NCBI GenBank assembly: GCA_034430895.1
Contig: DAOUDW010000034.1
Location: 90,156 to 154,155, forward strand
Source: Anaerolineales bacterium
GTDB lineage: Bacteria > Chloroflexota > Anaerolineae > Anaerolineales > E44-bin32
Length of the DNA: 64,000 nt
Direction: 5' to 3'
Shown: in pieces, positions 39,711-47,879 of the stretch
How positions within the stretch are numbered: the first letter of the stretch is position 1
Layout: each line of letters begins with the position of its first letter
Notes under the pieces: generated by a model
The model's database searches: none
What the model saw: the letters and a program-made list of their open reading frames with translations, nothing else
What the model was told of the DNA's origin: nothing
Position numbers and translations under genes: made by a program

Positions 39711-40655
39711 ATGCCTGAAAAGGGAAAACCAATGAATTCCTCCCAACAGGAAGCGAACGAACGGATCTCTTCCGGCATCTCCATCATCATTCCTGCTTAC
39801 AACGAACAGGATGGGATCGGAACCGTTTTGAAGCATATTCATGAGGTTCTCCAGGATCGAGGTTGGGCATACGAGTTGATCGTAGTGGATGATGGCTCAG
39901 ATGACGATACGTATGACATTGCTGGAAGCATCACGAATACGAAGGTACTTCGTCATCCACGGAACAGGGGCTATGGCGCGGCGCTGAAAACCGGTATCCG
40001 GCATGCTCAATTTGAGAATCTCTTGATTACCGATGCGGATGGAACATATCCTGTCCATCAGATTCCCGAACTCGTGGAACGGCTCATCGGCAGTAAATGT
40101 GATATGGTCGTGGGAGCGAGAGTGGGAAAGCATGTATCCATCCCCATTCTACGGAGACCGGCGAAGTGGTTCATTCGCAAGTTGGCGGAAATCGTTGCCG
40201 GGATTCCGATTCCGGATTTGAACTCAGGCCTGCGAGTTTTTCGCAAGGGCGCAACACTTCCATTCTTTAATATGCTGCCGGAGGGTTTTTCGTTTACAAC
40301 AACGATCACATTGGCAATGGTGACCAATGGTTATACCGTTGAATATGTTCCCATATCGTATTTTCAACGAGTAGGGAAATCGAAATTACGACCGATACGA
40401 GATACGCTTAATTTCGTTCAACTTGTATTAAGAATCACGTTATATTTTGCACCGTTGAAGATTTTCGTACCGATCAGCATGGTTTTGATTGTGATTGCAA
40501 TCGCCTGGGCGGTATTTTCCACAATAGTCCTCGGTCGCCTTGCGGATACATCGGCGGTTGTTATCTTCATGACCGGTGTTCAAGTTGGCGTTCTCGGGCT
40601 GCTTGCCGAATTGCTCGATCGCCGCTTACCTTCCTTTCACAGACCTGAAGATTGA
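39711..40655 (+). CDS. GT2 polyprenyl-phosphate hexosyltransferase (DPM1/GtrB/ArnC-like)
   Basis: 314 aa. Motifs are ISIIIPAYNEQDGI, ELIVVDDGSDDDT, RNRGYGAALKTG and LITDADGTYP, plus two C-terminal TM helices as in GtrB/ArnC. AAGGTG RBS. Confidence 0.85.
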   Translation: MPEKGKPMNSSQQEANERISSGISIIIPAYNEQDGIGTVLKHIHEVLQDRGWAYELIVVDDGSDDDTYDIAGSITNTKVLRHPRNRGYGAALKTGIRHAQFENLLITDADGTYPVHQIPELVERLIGSKCDMVVGARVGKHVSIPILRRPAKWFIRKLAEIVAGIPIPDLNSGLRVFRKGATLPFFNMLPEGFSFTTTITLAMVTNGYTVEYVPISYFQRVGKSKLRPIRDTLNFVQLVLRITLYFAPLKIFVPISMVLIVIAIAWAVFSTIVLGRLADTSAVVIFMTGVQVGVLGLLAELLDRRLPSFHRPED

Positions 40656-42142
40656 AGCATATCCGTGATTTAGGTGATTTCCGGGAAGGCGATCTCGATC
40701 AAAGAATTTCATTGCAAGTCGTTCGGGCATTTTTCGTCGAGGTAGAGCGTGCAGTGACCGATCCCAGGAAGAGCATATCGGGAAACGTGTATCAGCGTCT
40801 CCGTGAGGAGGTCGTCGATCGTGGATTGTGTACCCATTGTGGAACATGCGCGGGTTTATCCAACGGGAGTGTCATCATGGCGCGTGAGAGCCGGGGTCCG
40901 CTGCCGGTATCCCGACGGGATGATGCCGCATTGCTAACAGAACTAGCCTACCAGGTTTGTCCGGGATTGGGGGTTGATTATCCGGATATGTTCCGTTGGT
41001 TGTTCGACAGTCTTCCCGAAAATTGGTTGATCGGCGTTTATCGCAAGCTATTTCTCGGGCATTCCTCAATCCCCATGATTCGCCGTAATGGTTCTTCAGG
41101 AGGCGTGATCACCCAGACATTGCTATATTTGCTTAAAAATGATCTTATCGACGGTGCCGTCGTGCTGCGTCATGGGGAGCCGGAGACTTGGTTGTCTACA
41201 CCGATCATCGCCCAGTCCGCAGCGCAGATCGAAGCAGCTGCGCAAAGTGTCTACGTGCCGACTCCGGTGAACACGATCCTGGCTGAAATCGAATCTTTCG
41301 ACGGACGCTTGGCATACGTTGGGCTGCCGGATCAAGTGGCTGCGATCCGGCGGTTGCAGCGCTTAGGTCACGCTGGCGCGAAGAAAATCGAATATATCAT
41401 CGGCCCGTATGTCGGTACGATCTTGTACTTGGAGGCGATTAAGAGTTACTTGCGATCCAATGGGGGCAAAACCCTGGACGATGTCGCTAAACTCCGTTAT
41501 CGGGAAGGGGAGTGGCCTGGATTCCTGGAGATCAGATTAAAGAACGGCGAAACCTTGCGGGAGAATAAATTTTATTACAACTACTTGATTCCCTTTTATC
41601 TCACTGCGAGTACGCTGCTGAGTGTAGATTTTACTAATGAATTAACCGACATATCCGTGGGCGATGCCTGGCAACCGCAGCTCGAAGATAAGGGGGAAGG
41701 TTTCTCTGTCATCTTGGCTCGCACAGATCGGGGATTGCGATTGTTAACCGATATGAAGGACAATGGATTGCTAGCGCTCGAAGAAATCTCGCTGGAATCC
41801 GCATTGGCGATGCATGGTCACATGCTTGATTTTAAAAAGAGGGGATCCTTTATTCGCATGGCCTGGCATCGCCGGCTTGGTCTTGCTGTCCCCACATACG
41901 GATACGCACCCGAACGAGTATCCTTCTCCCGCTTCCTGGTTGAATTCATCATTTCAGGAATCCTGCTCGTCGGACACTCCCGGTTGGCGAGGTGGTTAGT
42001 TGAACGCATCCCCCTCAAGTTGATCGGACCGCTGTTTAACGTTATACGGAAGACCTGGAAACGAATTTCCAAACCGACAAAAAGAAGTGGTTTACGGACG
42101 ATGTCGTTTCGGATCGAGCCACCCTCACAAACGAAACTATAA
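40652..42142 (+). CDS. FrhB/FdhB-like (coenzyme F420 hydrogenase/dehydrogenase beta-subunit family) Fe-S flavoprotein
   Basis: It has one ferredoxin-type cluster motif (CTHCGTCAG...VCPG) followed by an FrhB-like N/C domain pattern (SSGGVITQTLLYLL..., VGLPDQVAAIRRL, SVDFTNELTDISVGDAW). The start is uncertain: TTG 40652 overlaps the GT2 stop, and in-frame GTG codons up to about 40800 are possible. Confidence 0.7.
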   Translation: MKHIRDLGDFREGDLDQRISLQVVRAFFVEVERAVTDPRKSISGNVYQRLREEVVDRGLCTHCGTCAGLSNGSVIMARESRGPLPVSRRDDAALLTELAYQVCPGLGVDYPDMFRWLFDSLPENWLIGVYRKLFLGHSSIPMIRRNGSSGGVITQTLLYLLKNDLIDGAVVLRHGEPETWLSTPIIAQSAAQIEAAAQSVYVPTPVNTILAEIESFDGRLAYVGLPDQVAAIRRLQRLGHAGAKKIEYIIGPYVGTILYLEAIKSYLRSNGGKTLDDVAKLRYREGEWPGFLEIRLKNGETLRENKFYYNYLIPFYLTASTLLSVDFTNELTDISVGDAWQPQLEDKGEGFSVILARTDRGLRLLTDMKDNGLLALEEISLESALAMHGHMLDFKKRGSFIRMAWHRRLGLAVPTYGYAPERVSFSRFLVEFIISGILLVGHSRLARWLVERIPLKLIGPLFNVIRKTWKRISKPTKRSGLRTMSFRIEPPSQTKL

Positions 42143-42147
42143 AAAAA

Positions 42148-42975
42148 ATGGGATGGCCCTGCGGTCATCCGGGGAGTTACAAGAATTTGATGCATCAAAA
42201 TTCTGCGGAGCAATCATTCATCGGACGTGTACGAGAAGAGATCGGGCACTGGCGGCGGACGCATTGGACTTTCGAGGATGTTGGTAATCATTGGGACGCG
42301 ACGGAAGATTATGATGAGATCAATGAGGGAACGTATTCTTATTTCCGTCGCTTCATTGATGGCCTGCGTTTGAGTAACCTCGATGCGAAATCGCATGTAT
42401 TGGATTTCTGCGCGCGCACGGGTAACGGAACCGCCTATTTCTATGAGAATGGAAAAGTGGGGTCGGCAGTTTGCGCGGATGTTTCCGACCGCATGGGTGA
42501 GATATGTGTCCAGCGGCTCCGTGAGTGTGGATTGCAAGACTTCGTTTGGGAGAAAGTCCTCGATTACGCCTTTCCTTATGAAGACAATGCCTTCGATGCC
42601 GTTCTGTGTTTTGAATCCGTAGAGCATTTTCCCGATCCTGCCCGTTTGATCAATGAACTTGGCCGCGTTACCCGTCCGGGAGGGTCACTCATTCTAACGA
42701 CACCCAATGTGTTGTGGGAGCCGGTTCATGCGCTTGCGGCGGTAACGAAGCTCCATCACTCTGAAGGTCCGCATCGCTTCATTCGTCTGGGGAAATTGAA
42801 GTCGATGATCGAGGAGGCTGGTTTTAGCATAGAATGCGACGAAACAACCGTTCTTATCCCGGCAGGGCCGGGGTGGTTGATCAAACTCGGGGAGTGGCTC
42901 GAAAGACGGACGGTGAATTGGCTTATGCCGATTTTGGGTTTACGCCGTGTGATCGTCGGCCGAAAGCGTCCATGA
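42148..42975 (+). CDS. Class I SAM-dependent methyltransferase
   Basis: Motif I-like VLDFCARTGNG and post-I/II motifs (VLCFESVEHFPDPARLINELGRVTRPGGSLILTTPN). It appears soluble. ATG 42190 (GGGGAG upstream) is an alternative start. Confidence 0.8.
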   Translation: MGWPCGHPGSYKNLMHQNSAEQSFIGRVREEIGHWRRTHWTFEDVGNHWDATEDYDEINEGTYSYFRRFIDGLRLSNLDAKSHVLDFCARTGNGTAYFYENGKVGSAVCADVSDRMGEICVQRLRECGLQDFVWEKVLDYAFPYEDNAFDAVLCFESVEHFPDPARLINELGRVTRPGGSLILTTPNVLWEPVHALAAVTKLHHSEGPHRFIRLGKLKSMIEEAGFSIECDETTVLIPAGPGWLIKLGEWLERRTVNWLMPILGLRRVIVGRKRP

Positions 42976-43019
42976 GATTGGATCCCCGATGACGACCAAC
43001 GCCGTGATGGAATTCACGA

Positions 43020-44057
43020 TTGGGATGCGTTGACATGACAAACGTGGCAGGCGGCGACGAAAGATCGGTAGTCCGAACTCGTGGAATTCGAGACGGTATG
43101 CGGTTTTTATTACCGCGGACAATCGGACTAATCCTGCTGATTGTCTTACTCCAGCGGATAGACACAGGTCATCTTCTGGATACGCTGAAGAAAGCAGATA
43201 TCGGCATGGTCATGTTGGCGATGATCTTGCTGATCGTGTTAATCGGTATCAAGACCCTTCGCTGGCAACTGATTCTGCGGACGTTAAAGATATCCATATC
43301 CTGGCGCAATGCATTCCTGGCCTATTTTGCAAGTATTTTCATCGGGTTCCTGACACCGGGGCGTTTGGGGGAATTCGGAAGAGCACTGTATATTCGTAAT
43401 GACCCGAACGCGCAATCTGGTGTGGGATTTTCCAGTGTTCTTGCCGATCGGCTTTTCGACCTGTATGCGCTCCTTCTCGCGGGAAGTGCCGCTATCTTCT
43501 CGCTGGGAAGCAGGCTATATTGGATGTGGACCCTTTTGTTCTTCGTGGTCTCTTTGTTGCCCGTGTTTCTATTTATATCTGAGGTTTCTTTCAACTGGTT
43601 AAAAACCATCGCAACTCGCCTGGGGCGGGTTGGAGTGGGACTATTCGATCGAAATGGATGGCTGGTCGGCATGCGTCAAGGATTGCTTAAAATGGGAATG
43701 AGGCTCCTCGCTATCAGCGCAGTCTTGACGGTGACAGCGTATCTGGTCTATTTTACGCAGTGTTTTATTTTGTCGAAGGCATTGGCTATCGAGGTCAGCT
43801 ACTCCAGTGTCATGTTCGCTGTGGCTTTGGGCAGCTTGATCACGCTCTTACCTTTTTCAATATCCGGATTGGGAACACGTGAAGCAACGATCATCGCCTA
43901 TTTGAGCACAGTCGGTGTATCCCCCGAAACAGCGCTTAGCTTCTCCTTCCTCGTATTCGTCACTTTTTATGTTATGGGGGGATTGATCGGAGCATTAGCC
44001 TGGTTAGTTCACCCGATCCAGTTGAATTTGAAACGAGGAGAGGGGAATCGGGATTAG
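43020..44057 (+). CDS. Flippase-like membrane protein (LPG_synthase_TM / UPF0104 family)
   Basis: About 8 TM helices. Family-typical motifs are KTLRWQLIL and FLTPGRLGEFGRALYI. The start is uncertain (TTG 43020 or ATG 43035). Confidence 0.7.
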   Translation: MGCVDMTNVAGGDERSVVRTRGIRDGMRFLLPRTIGLILLIVLLQRIDTGHLLDTLKKADIGMVMLAMILLIVLIGIKTLRWQLILRTLKISISWRNAFLAYFASIFIGFLTPGRLGEFGRALYIRNDPNAQSGVGFSSVLADRLFDLYALLLAGSAAIFSLGSRLYWMWTLLFFVVSLLPVFLFISEVSFNWLKTIATRLGRVGVGLFDRNGWLVGMRQGLLKMGMRLLAISAVLTVTAYLVYFTQCFILSKALAIEVSYSSVMFAVALGSLITLLPFSISGLGTREATIIAYLSTVGVSPETALSFSFLVFVTFYVMGGLIGALAWLVHPIQLNLKRGEGNRD

Positions 44058-44058
44058 G

Positions 44059-45633
44059 ATGAACAGAGGCGACACAATTCTCCTTCTCGCCCTGGCGGTG
44101 TTTGTATATCTTGTCGTTACTGTGGCTGTGTCTGTGCCAGGCTACATGGACGCGGACTACTACTACGCCACAGCCAAGCAGTTGGCTGCTGGCAAAGGAT
44201 TCTCTGAACCGTTTATCTGGAATTATCTCGATAATCCGGCCGGTTTGCCGCATCCTTCTCATACTTACTGGATGCCGCTGACGAGTATTATCTCCGCAGG
44301 TGCGATCTATCTTTTCGGCGATCATTTCCGAGCAGCGCAATTTCCCATGTTCATTGCGGCCGTTCTCCTGCCGCTGATAACCGCATGGTTGGCAAGACGA
44401 TTCGGCGCAGATCGAAGGTTGATGTTGAGTGCTGGAGTGATATCCATTTTCTCAGGATTTTATGTGCCGTACTTTGTGACAACGGATTCTTTTGCTATCT
44501 TTGCCTGGATAGGAAGCGCTGTTCTCATTCTGGCGGCAGACACGAGCCATCAACCCAAAGTCTCCACATGGTTTTGGGTAGGAGTCCTTGCAGGACTTGG
44601 GTATCTCACTCGCGCGGACGGTTTGTTGCTGCTCATACCGGCCGCTTTGGCGGTTTTGTGGAGCAATGCGGCAAGACGCAAAGCGATCGTGATGCTTGCG
44701 CTCGGTTATTTTCTCTGCGCGGGTCCCTGGTTTATTCGGAACCTGATCGAGACGGGACACGTGTTTTCAACAGGGGTGGGGCGCTCGCTATGGCTGCTTT
44801 CGTACAACGAGCTGTTCAGCTATCCCGCAGATGTACTGACCCCTGAACGCTGGTGGCAAGCTGGAATTGGGGAGATATTGTCGACGAGATTATCGTCTTT
44901 GGGAATCATCCTGCAGCGATTTATCGCCGAAATCGGTTTGGTTTTTTTGTGGCCATTCATGATGGTGGGCCTCTATCTGCAGCGAAAAAGAAGAGAGATC
45001 CGTTTGCTATTGGTCTATCTCATTTTCCTTCTCGGTTTGATGATGGTTGCCTATCCTTTCGCTGGCGCGTACGGCGGCATTTTTCATTCAGGCGTGGTTT
45101 TACTGCCATTCCTTTGGGCGCTTGCACCCATGGGAATCGATCGTACGATCGAATGGGGTGCACGAGTCCGTAAGTGGGATGTACGCCAAGCCAAGAGAGT
45201 TCTGGGCACAGGTGCGATCGCCCTTGTGATCTTGTTCTCCATTGGCCTCACTTGGAGCAGAGTGGTTGGTTCCTCGATTTCCTCCCCTCGCTGGCAGGCG
45301 CCGAATCACACGTACACGCAAATTGGCGAACAGCTTTTTGACCTTGCTGGCGCGGCAGACATCGTGGCGGTGAACAACCCGCCGGGGTTTTTCCTCGCAA
45401 CGGGCATGCAAGCCGTCGTCATTCCCAACGGCACGCCAGAGACTTTGAAATCCGTAGTCGACCGATATCAGGTCCACTGGCTGATACTTGATGTTAATCA
45501 TCCCGCCGGTTTGGCTTCGCTGTATACTAGTGATCGTTCACCTACCTGGCTGGAATTAATCGAGACCATCCAGGACTCAAATGGAGAAGATGTTCAAATT
45601 TGGAAAGTGCGATCCACGGAGGCAGCGCCATGA
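44059..45633 (+). CDS. GT-C-type (GT39/PMT_2-like) polytopic membrane glycosyltransferase-like protein
   Basis: 524 aa. It starts 1 nt after the preceding stop. PGYMDADYYYATAKQLAAGKGFSEPFIWNY follows TM1. It has about 12 TM helices and a soluble C-terminal domain. Confidence 0.7.
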   Translation: MNRGDTILLLALAVFVYLVVTVAVSVPGYMDADYYYATAKQLAAGKGFSEPFIWNYLDNPAGLPHPSHTYWMPLTSIISAGAIYLFGDHFRAAQFPMFIAAVLLPLITAWLARRFGADRRLMLSAGVISIFSGFYVPYFVTTDSFAIFAWIGSAVLILAADTSHQPKVSTWFWVGVLAGLGYLTRADGLLLLIPAALAVLWSNAARRKAIVMLALGYFLCAGPWFIRNLIETGHVFSTGVGRSLWLLSYNELFSYPADVLTPERWWQAGIGEILSTRLSSLGIILQRFIAEIGLVFLWPFMMVGLYLQRKRREIRLLLVYLIFLLGLMMVAYPFAGAYGGIFHSGVVLLPFLWALAPMGIDRTIEWGARVRKWDVRQAKRVLGTGAIALVILFSIGLTWSRVVGSSISSPRWQAPNHTYTQIGEQLFDLAGAADIVAVNNPPGFFLATGMQAVVIPNGTPETLKSVVDRYQVHWLILDVNHPAGLASLYTSDRSPTWLELIETIQDSNGEDVQIWKVRSTEAAP

Positions 45634-47129
45634 GCGTCACGGGCACACGACGTGAGGCGCGTCGATATCTTATCTTGCTTCTGCTTACAGGCTTGGTCCT
45701 GGGAGGCTATCTGGCGACCAGCAAAGCCGTTTATGGTTTCGGTTTCCCGCTGGATGATGCTTGGATTCACCAAACGTACGCTCGAAATCTTGTTGCGGAG
45801 GGGGAATGGGCGTTTCTGCCTGGTCAACCAAGCGCTGGATCGACAGCCCCATTGTGGACGTTGGTTCTAAGCCTGGGATACCGTTTGGGGATAGATCCGA
45901 AGGCGTGGAGCTATTTACTCGGTGGATTGCTGCTGATGGCCACTGCATGGGTGTGTGGACTATGGTTCGTACAACGAATGGAAAAACCCCGGCGATGGAT
46001 CTTGTGGGCGGCTTCACTCGTGATTCTTGAATGGCATTTGGCCTGGGCCGCTGTTTCAGGAATGGAAATCCTCGCCCTGGCCTTTATCGCTGCGTATGTC
46101 CTCTATCGCCTGGAATGTACGCAGTTCCGGGCCGTGTTTCTAGGCGCTGTAATCGGTTTAGGTGTCTGGATACGACCGGATGCGTTATCCTTGCTTCTAC
46201 CGGTGGGCTGGACGATTTTATTTCGTGATCGGGCAACGTTTAAGCGTCTGATCGTCGATATTGGATGTGTTTGTTTGGGATTGGTCATCACGATCATTCC
46301 TTATGGGATGTTCAATTTCTGGCTTTCAGGAACATGGTGGCCGAGTACCTTCTATGCCAAATCTGCTGAATACGCCGTTCTTCGAGAGTCTTCTCTCATT
46401 CAACGCTTGATCACTCAGCTTTCTGTGCCTTTTGTGGGAGCTGCTGTCATTCTCCTTCCCGGAATTGTGATCTCCGTTATCCAATCTTGTCGTACGAAGA
46501 AATGGACGCAGTTCGCATCGTTGCTCTGGGCCGTTGGATTTCTGGCTGCTTATGCCTGGCGGCTGCCGGTGACCTATCAACATGGGCGATACGCCATGCC
46601 CGTGATCCCTATCTTGCTTGTCGTCGGATCGAGTGGTTTGATCGTCGTTATGGATTATGAACCAAAACAAACGTTTCGTCGGTTGCTGGCGAAATCCTGG
46701 CCGATATCCACCTGGGCAGCAGCCCTGGCGTTCCTCGTTCTTGGCGCCCAAGCCTACGGTCGTGATGTGGCGATTATCGAAACGGAGATGGTGCAATGTG
46801 CACAATGGATCGCGGTCAACACGGAATCAAATGCCATTGTCGCTTCACATGATATCGGAGCCTTGGGATATTATTCGAGGAGGCCATTATTGGATTTGGC
46901 AGGATTGATTTCACCGGAGGTGATACCATTTATTCGAGACGAGGATGCCCTGGCGCAATACCTGACAAAGAACAATGCGGCCTATCTGATGACTTTTCCG
47001 CAGTGGTATCCATCCCTTGTCCAACAGGCCAAGAGAGTGTATCTTACAGCATCGGAGTTTAGCCCACGTTCGGGTGGTGAGAATATGGCCGTTTATAAGT
47101 GGACATTGCGAGGTTTGCCTCATGAGTAA
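45630..47129 (+). CDS. GT-C-type polytopic membrane glycosyltransferase-like protein (paralogue of 31475-33013)
   Basis: I chose the start at ATG 45630 (GGAGG 7 nt upstream, ATGA overlap with the previous stop). Motifs are FPLDDAWIHQTYARNLVAEGEWAFLPGQPSAGSTAPLWTLVL and the C-terminal HDIGALGYYSRRPLLDLAGLISP. Confidence 0.65.
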   Translation: MSVTGTRREARRYLILLLLTGLVLGGYLATSKAVYGFGFPLDDAWIHQTYARNLVAEGEWAFLPGQPSAGSTAPLWTLVLSLGYRLGIDPKAWSYLLGGLLLMATAWVCGLWFVQRMEKPRRWILWAASLVILEWHLAWAAVSGMEILALAFIAAYVLYRLECTQFRAVFLGAVIGLGVWIRPDALSLLLPVGWTILFRDRATFKRLIVDIGCVCLGLVITIIPYGMFNFWLSGTWWPSTFYAKSAEYAVLRESSLIQRLITQLSVPFVGAAVILLPGIVISVIQSCRTKKWTQFASLLWAVGFLAAYAWRLPVTYQHGRYAMPVIPILLVVGSSGLIVVMDYEPKQTFRRLLAKSWPISTWAAALAFLVLGAQAYGRDVAIIETEMVQCAQWIAVNTESNAIVASHDIGALGYYSRRPLLDLAGLISPEVIPFIRDEDALAQYLTKNNAAYLMTFPQWYPSLVQQAKRVYLTASEFSPRSGGENMAVYKWTLRGLPHE

Positions 47130-47174
47130 TGTCTGTGCTATACTCGCCAATGTTAAAAAATAGGTGGCTCAGTT

Positions 47175-47867
47175 ATGGAGAATATCCCCGTTATCATCGT
47201 CGACGACCATCCCCTTTTTCGCGAAGGCGTGCGAAACGTTCTTGATTTGGAAGATGACATCGAGGTGATTGCTGAAGGCACAAGTGGTGACCAAGCACTC
47301 CAGTTAGTGCGAGAGCTAAAACCACGTGTTGCACTTATTGATGTCAATCTACCGAATATGAATGGAATGCAGGTTACGCGTCAGATTTCCGCGGAACGGC
47401 TGGACACATCGGTGGTACTCGTTACAGCGTATGATGATGTCGAGCAAGTCTTGCATGCCTTTCGAGCTGGCGCGGCAGCCTATTGTTCCAAGGATGTCGA
47501 AGCGGGTAAACTGGTTGACGTCATACGGCATGTGGCCAGGGGTTTCTTCGTTGTTGGTGATCAGGTATATGATTCCTCCGGGCTGGACCAATGGCTTTCA
47601 CGTGGCGTAGAGACGGTTCGTCGTCCCCACCTCGACGGCGATGTAGAAGCCTTTACACCGCTTTCACCTCGCGAAATGGAAATCCTTCAATATGTGACCC
47701 GCGGGATGAGTAATAAAGAGATTGCAGCCCGATTGGGGATTAGTCACCAAACGGTAAAAAATCACATGACTTCGATTTTGCACAAACTGGATGTGGAAGA
47801 CCGGACACAAGCTGCCGTGTATGCTTTACGACACGGCTGGGTACGTCTCCAAGATACTCGGAAGTAA
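47175..47867 (+). CDS. NarL/LuxR-family response regulator (DegU-like)
   Basis: The receiver is canonical (IIVDDHPLFREG, ALIDVNLPNMNG, VVLVTAYDD, AYCSKD). The C-terminal LuxR HTH is LSPREMEILQYVTRGMSNKEIAARLGISHQTVKNHMTSILHKL. Confidence 0.9.
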   Translation: MENIPVIIVDDHPLFREGVRNVLDLEDDIEVIAEGTSGDQALQLVRELKPRVALIDVNLPNMNGMQVTRQISAERLDTSVVLVTAYDDVEQVLHAFRAGAAAYCSKDVEAGKLVDVIRHVARGFFVVGDQVYDSSGLDQWLSRGVETVRRPHLDGDVEAFTPLSPREMEILQYVTRGMSNKEIAARLGISHQTVKNHMTSILHKLDVEDRTQAAVYALRHGWVRLQDTRK

Positions 47868-47879
47868 ACAGGCATTGAG

